Below are positions 62,401 to 64,000 of a stretch of 64,000 nucleotides of DNA, in pieces (position 1 is the stretch's first letter; every line of letters starts with the position of its first letter). The translations under genes and the position numbers were made by a program. Where the stretch lies: positions 134,788,001 to 134,852,000 of the forward strand of contig NC_042998.1 in the NCBI RefSeq assembly GCF_006345805.1, in the 5' to 3' direction. Below the pieces are notes generated by a model, which did not search any database, had not been told where the DNA came from, and was given only the letters and a program-made list of their open reading frames with translations. This DNA is from Octopus sinensis. Taxonomy: Eukaryota.

Positions 62401-63236
62401 ATGTAACTATGTTGCTCCAACTGCACTATGGACAAGTATCTTCAACCACAACCTCAATCCAAGCTTCAGGTAAACAGAAACTGTGTAGTAGCCTGCCAAA
62501 TGCACTATCCTTGAGCAGTAGACTCAATTATTGTCTAGTTTAACCACATTATTTGGCTCTTGGATGTCTTCAGAAGAGACCCCTCAGTTGCAAGCGAACA
62601 GATTTGATCTCAAGACTGAGGATATCAAGGTAATCTTCTCTTTCTATCACAAGTCTCAGAGGTCTTTCAATATTACAGGTATTACCCTTTTTTTCTTTGA
62701 CTAAACCCAGCAAAAATTTATGGTAACAAACATAAAAGGACATACCAGCAAACATATATATACACTGACCAACAGATATCATGGTTAATGAGTGGTTGAT
62801 GAATACAGAAATAAATACAAGTAATGACCAAAAGGCATGGCAGTCAACAGATAAAAAAGTTAGTAAACAGTTACTAATAGCCACCAGAAATTCATGGTGA
62901 AACAGTTTAAATGTCAATAAGTGCATTAGCTAACCATTGTGGTGTTAATCTCATGGAATGTTTGAAAGAGAAGAGTTTAGAAATGAAATGATAAAATATT
63001 ATACTGACTTCTGTAATATGGATATTTAGCTTAGATTCAATTGATTCTGTACAAAGAAGATGAACAACAGGTTGAATCCATTGGTGGCACCAAGCCTGTC
63101 TCTGACTGCAGCACAATTCACCAGATGTATTCTTCCCGTCCTTCACACTCTTCATAGTGGAACCACATTCTTTACACTTATTAACCCAGAGTTCCTGCTG
63201 GTGTTTCTGTAAAAGTTTCTCATAGAGTTCACTTGC
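5180..63236 (-). CDS. THADA: THADA / Trm732 (tRNA 32 2'-O-methylation cofactor, ARM-repeat/DUF2428 protein); 27 exons in window, 5' end outside window
   Basis: Exons join with GT-AG boundaries and matching phases into one 4449-nt ORF. It carries the THADA motifs [89 protein letters not shown]-like [10 protein letters not shown] and [11 protein letters not shown]. Confidence 0.93.
5830..6020. repeat. (TA)n/(CA)n microsatellite
   Basis: direct inspection. Confidence 0.9.
6375..7030. repeat. degenerate (TA)/(TATACA) alternating purine-pyrimidine tract, ~650 bp
   Basis: direct inspection; source of the spurious YI-rich ORFs. Confidence 0.9.
7262..7303 (-). ncRNA. minimal type-I hammerhead ribozyme, copy 1
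   Basis: Reverse complement reads GCTGCA-TTGAAAA-GGGG caata CCCC-GAAA-CGCG-TC^TGTAGC. Confidence 0.8.
7634..7675 (-). ncRNA. minimal type-I hammerhead ribozyme, copy 2
   Basis: identical motif to copy 1. Confidence 0.8.
7798..7839 (+). ncRNA. minimal type-I hammerhead ribozyme, copy 3 (predicted cleavage after 7833)
   Basis: Stem I GCTGCA/TGTAGC, core TTGAAAA, stem II GGGG/CCCC, GAAA, palindromic stem III ACGCGT, GUC cleavage triplet. Confidence 0.8.
8157..8198 (+). ncRNA. minimal type-I hammerhead ribozyme, copy 4 (predicted cleavage after 8192)
   Basis: identical motif, 359 nt downstream of copy 3. Confidence 0.8.
8366..9512. repeat. degenerate (TA)/(CA)/(TACA) alternating tract, ~1.15 kb
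   Basis: direct inspection. Confidence 0.9.
9513..10622. repeat. foldback: 333-bp inverted arms (9513-9845, 10290-10622), each with an internal ~185-nt hairpin
   Basis: Arms are near-identical reverse complements; 9541-9725 is itself self-complementary around a GACC-atatttca-GGTC apex. Confidence 0.88.
9911..10130 (+). mobile_element. Penelope-type terminal repeat fragment with a degenerate hammerhead motif (9988-10025)
   Basis: TCTTT-CTGTCGA-A-GAGC atag GCTC-GAAT-CGTA-AAAGA. Confidence 0.55.
10662..11553 (+). repeat. 162-bp tandem repeat, ~5.5 copies, immediately 5' of the RTE LINE
   Basis: Unit starts at 10662, 10824, 10986, 11148, 11307 and 11469; units are nearly identical. Confidence 0.92.
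11554..15637 (+). mobile_element. near full-length RTE-clade LINE (APE endonuclease + RT + PHD-like Cys/His finger), (GAT)n tail
   Basis: ORF 11708-14814 has [44 protein letters not shown] and LLYADDL; one in-frame TGA (12542-12544) and one 1-nt deletion near 13768. Confidence 0.95.
14906..15351 (+). repeat. ~159-165-bp tandem repeat (2.8 copies) in the RTE 3' UTR
   Basis: cacccatgccaacccc units start at 14906, 15071 and 15230. Confidence 0.9.
15685..16686 (-). mobile_element. 5'-truncated CR1/L2-type LINE fragment (RT C-terminus and 3' UTR)
   Basis: [17 protein letters not shown]...N.MQFN..K and [16 protein letters not shown] motifs, with frameshifts. Confidence 0.85.
16760..16935 (-). mobile_element. 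abundant SINE family (tail ...cagtcaaatgactgaaacaagtaaaa); other copies near 1-150, 2000-2140, 30230-30420 and 52830-53050
   Basis: Repeated tttcagtcatttgactgc...gaccccagg...gctgaactgctaagttac sequence. Confidence 0.7.
17630..18260 (+). mobile_element. old degraded RTE LINE fragments
   Basis: Nucleotide similarity to 12910-13350 and to the RTE C-terminus ([12 protein letters not shown]). Confidence 0.6.
20330..21960 (-). mobile_element. degraded Penelope-like element (RT region), split by a Helitron
   Basis: [59 protein letters not shown] and S.HPP motifs. Confidence 0.88.
21211..21596 (+). mobile_element. non-autonomous Helitron
   Basis: 5' TC, 3' CTAG preceded by a GC-rich hairpin; inserted in A|T with no TSD; the Penelope frame rejoins seamlessly when it is removed. 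Confidence 0.85.
22032..22212 (-). mobile_element. RTE-tailed SINE / 5'-truncated RTE 3' end; similar copies at ~29485-29830(-), 37915-38170(+), 46780-47035(+) and 50980-51200(-)
   Basis: Near-identical to RTE 3' end 15450-15637 (cccatgctagcatgga...gttaaacgatgatgat). Confidence 0.85.
23555..23649 (-). CDS. THADA: THADA exon ([14 protein letters not shown]...LYAGK), phase 1-0
   Basis: tttcag acceptor, gtaact donor; phase fit, weak conservation. Confidence 0.6.
23860..23973 (-). CDS. THADA: THADA exon ([25 protein letters not shown]...), phase 1-1
   Basis: tacag acceptor, gtaagt donor; W...LLQ.E...V...A motif. Confidence 0.85.
24004..24195. repeat. internally deleted palindromic Penelope-type repeat (same family as 43790-44140)
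   Basis: Self-complementary around ~24083; shares gctggagggtatatcagc and aaatgtaaataatg with the 43.8-kb element. Confidence 0.8.
25030..25330 (+). mobile_element. degraded RTE/BovB-like 3' fragment
   Basis: G.RTRG...W.DN-like C-terminal RT-adjacent remnant. Confidence 0.45.
25546..25696 (-). CDS. THADA: THADA exon ([15 protein letters not shown]...LLKDPDKVL), phase 0-1
   Basis: aacag acceptor, gtagga donor. Confidence 0.8.
28638..28701 (-). CDS. THADA: THADA exon ([21 protein letters not shown]), phase 2-0
   Basis: tctag acceptor, gtgaaa donor; resembles the SEIQSVAL region. Confidence 0.75.
30094..30134 (-). CDS. THADA: THADA micro-exon ([13 protein letters not shown]), 41 nt, phase 0-2
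   Basis: tttcag acceptor, gtaagt donor; needed to bridge phase 0 to phase 2. Confidence 0.7.
31163..31234 (-). CDS. THADA: THADA exon ([24 protein letters not shown]), phase 0-0
   Basis: ttaag acceptor, gtatga donor; phase fit, low conservation. Confidence 0.7.
32607..33090 (-). CDS. THADA: THADA exon ([14 protein letters not shown]...YEIRLEVL...EDHPQCLAE), phase 2-0
   Basis: ttcag acceptor, gtaagt donor; 484-nt open frame. Confidence 0.85.
34115..34221 (-). CDS. THADA: THADA exon (IQQLVLLL...KRLWILS), phase 0-2
   Basis: ttcag acceptor, gtaagt donor; phase fits both neighbours. Confidence 0.8.
36059..36227 (-). CDS. THADA: THADA exon ([20 protein letters not shown]...[10 protein letters not shown]), phase 2-0
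   Basis: ttcag acceptor, gtaatt donor; REMAARAL and QN..HG.LLQ motifs. Confidence 0.92.
36629..36763 (-). CDS. THADA: THADA exon (...[21 protein letters not shown]...FIPYII), phase 2-2
   Basis: ttcag acceptor, gtatgt donor. Confidence 0.9.
36977..37063 (-). CDS. THADA: THADA exon ([21 protein letters not shown]...), phase 2-2
   Basis: ttcag acceptor, gtaagt donor; TG..FF..YP.LY.FLL motif. Confidence 0.9.
37513..37610 (-). CDS. THADA: THADA exon ([32 protein letters not shown]), phase 0-2, with an apparent compensated frameshift
   Basis: ttcag acceptor, gtgagt donor; the expected RIFGV motif is present but shifted by one base. Confidence 0.85.
38863..38985 (-). CDS. THADA: THADA exon ([41 protein letters not shown]), phase 0-0
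   Basis: tttag acceptor, gtaagt donor; very highly conserved motif. Confidence 0.95.
39083..39436 (-). mobile_element. non-autonomous Helitron (second family member)
   Basis: Minus strand A|TCTCTATATATAAATGGCA...; subterminal hairpin ATGACCCG/CGGGTCAT; ends CTAG|T. Confidence 0.85.
40165..40955 (+). mobile_element. degraded 3' RTE fragment (same lineage as the 11.7-kb copy)
   Basis: [31 protein letters not shown] and GRPRKTWD. Confidence 0.88.
41613..41732 (-). CDS. THADA: THADA exon (AIVSTEP...[11 protein letters not shown]...ESK), phase 0-0
   Basis: tttag acceptor, gtttat donor. Confidence 0.85.
43790..44140. mobile_element. palindromic Penelope-type terminal-repeat element with hammerhead motifs in both arms
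   Basis: ~150-bp inverted arms around an AT-rich loop. Confidence 0.8.
43863..43907 (-). ncRNA. minimal type-I hammerhead ribozyme (canonical CUGAUGA core)
   Basis: Reverse complement reads ACAC-CTGATGA-A-GGCTG gaaggtatat CAGCT-GAAA-CG-TT^GTGT. Confidence 0.65.
44486..44618 (-). CDS. THADA: THADA exon (...LPCQWL...[14 protein letters not shown]), phase 2-0
   Basis: tgtag acceptor, gtacta donor; invariant RRSAG motif of THADA/Trm732. Confidence 0.93.
45924..46033 (-). CDS. THADA: THADA exon ([36 protein letters not shown]), phase 0-2
   Basis: aacag acceptor, gtttgt donor; HRGAFE motif. Confidence 0.92.
47605..47930 (+). mobile_element. tRNA-derived SINE
   Basis: Pol III A box (tgacttagtggttag) and B box (gagttcaattcc), followed by gtccttgaacaagacact. 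Confidence 0.7.
48910..49145 (-). CDS. THADA: THADA exon (...[17 protein letters not shown]...LITVNQ), DUF2428, phase 1-0
   Basis: tgcag acceptor, gttggt donor; CCWRS.KE motif. Confidence 0.9.
51311..51450 (-). CDS. THADA: THADA exon (...[20 protein letters not shown]), start of DUF2428, phase 2-1
   Basis: gacag acceptor, gtaagc donor; SSPEG motif. Confidence 0.9.
52229..52599 (-). CDS. THADA: THADA exon ([31 protein letters not shown]...[16 protein letters not shown]), phase 0-2
   Basis: ctccag acceptor, gtaaga donor; STKP.DC and AAAS.P.Y..HCI motifs. Confidence 0.9.
53776..53924 (-). CDS. THADA: THADA exon (...[20 protein letters not shown]...), phase 1-0
   Basis: ttcag acceptor, gtaggt donor. 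Confidence 0.87.
54285..54414 (-). CDS. THADA: THADA exon ([30 protein letters not shown]...), phase 0-1
   Basis: catag acceptor, gtaagt donor; LFPG..Y..R..AL-like motif. Confidence 0.87.
55018..56392 (-). mobile_element. Tc1/mariner DD37D (maT-type) element with an internal non-transposase cargo
   Basis: CAG...CTG termini flanked by TA; catalytic segment WQQD-x37-PLD (37 residues counted); imperfect TIRs. Confidence 0.8.
55978..56063 (+). repeat. ~27-bp tandem repeat x3 containing TGACGT / TGACGTCA and TGCRCNC motifs
   Basis: cacacgcacactgaagaatgacgt units. Confidence 0.75.
56666..56779 (-). CDS. THADA: THADA exon ([12 protein letters not shown]...YSDYV), phase 0-0
   Basis: ttacag acceptor, gtaagt donor. 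Confidence 0.85.
57193..58209 (-). mobile_element. degraded mariner transposon
   Basis: ~29-bp TIRs tattaggtc.tcaa.tatgaaatttgtag; [14 protein letters not shown] transposase remnant. Confidence 0.88.
58424..58579 (-). CDS. THADA: THADA exon ([14 protein letters not shown]...[17 protein letters not shown]), phase 0-0
   Basis: tgtag acceptor, gtgaca donor; conserved LCE...N.Q.P..RQ motif. Confidence 0.9.
58625..58703. repeat. 79-bp near-perfect palindrome (39-bp arms, 1-nt centre)
   Basis: agagttaattgttaac(c)gatgttctattccttaattgac-t-gtcaattaaggaatagaacatc(a)gttaacaattaactct. Confidence 0.92.
59525..59750 (+). mobile_element. SINE with core gttctgag.tcaaattcc...gactttgcctttcatcc...aagtaccag; other copies ~24300-24450(-), 26760-26910(+) and 50000-50170(-)
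   Basis: repeated core sequence at several loci in the window. Confidence 0.7.
60312..60490 (-). CDS. THADA: THADA exon (...[12 protein letters not shown]...LNHLNNQ), phase 1-0
   Basis: ttacag acceptor, gtattt donor; LGAL..CLR motif. Confidence 0.87.
62111..62198 (-). CDS. THADA: THADA exon ([19 protein letters not shown]...), phase 0-1
   Basis: gacag acceptor, gtaaat donor; matches the conserved YLPKLL motif. Confidence 0.85.
63009..63236 (-). CDS. THADA: THADA exon ([12 protein letters not shown]...[10 protein letters not shown]...HITE), phase 0-0
   Basis: tacag acceptor, gtcagt donor, 228 nt. Confidence 0.85.
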
Positions 63237-64000
63237 CTGTATGTAGAAGAATTAAATAATTTTGAAATTAAATTACCAAAAGGGTCTGGAGAAATTGCTT
63301 TCATAAACTAAACACAGTATTTTTAGAATTGGACAACTATATAACTGACTCCATAAAATGATTTCTTCCCTTCACACAAGGTCAATTTTTGAAGAACAGT
63401 TGGACTGAATTTAGCCCAGTGTTATCTCCTCAATTCTCTGAGATACAAAGAATGAAACTGAGTCTTGGCAGGATTTGAATTCAAAAGATAGTGAGACGAA
63501 ACTACATCATCAACATTTTAATGTCCATTTTCCATACCTGCACTGGTCAGATGGAGTTTATTGAGGTAGATTTTCTATGTTCGGATGATCTTCTTGTCAC
63601 TAACCCTCACCTATTTCCAAGCAAGGTAATATGACCAGATATGTTTTTGTAGAATATCAGAAATGGATGACAATGAATGTATGACAATGACACTCATTTA
63701 CAACTATCATTCAATGTCAAGACAAGGAGACACAAACACACACACACATGCATGCACGCACACACACACACACTCACACAACAGGCTTTTTTCAGTTTCT
63801 GTCCACCAAATCCACTCACAAGATTTTGTTCAGCGTGGCAGCTTTGGGCTATAGTAGAGAACACTTGCCAAAGGTACCATGATGCAATGGAACTAAAACT
63901 GAAACCATGTGATTGGGAAGCAAACCATGCCTGTGCCTAAACATTATAATATATTTAGTTTAGTAAACCATTATTTCTACCAACTCTTATTTCTTTATTG

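Overview
AT-rich, microsatellite- and transposon-dense animal genomic DNA. The SINE and RTE families with (GAT)n tails look like those of Octopus/cephalopods; this is recognition, not a database result. One host gene spans the window on the minus strand: a THADA/Trm732 orthologue. I reconstructed 27 GT-AG exons with consistent phases (63236 to 5180, 4449 nt, about 1482 aa plus stop). Its 5' exons lie beyond the right edge of the window. The introns contain a near-intact RTE LINE, CR1-like and Penelope fragments, two mariner copies, a DD37D Tc1/mariner carrying cargo, two non-autonomous Helitrons, MITE-like foldbacks and many SINEs. The most notable structure is in the 17.8-kb last intron at 7031-8365: a head-to-head array of ~360-bp monomers. 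Each monomer carries a minimal type-I hammerhead ribozyme with a compensatory U3-A8 core (UUGAAAA) and folds into a rod-like RNA, so it is a candidate retrozyme/circular-RNA system. Two further hammerhead-bearing, Penelope-type repeat families and several long foldbacks lie in the same pre-mRNA.
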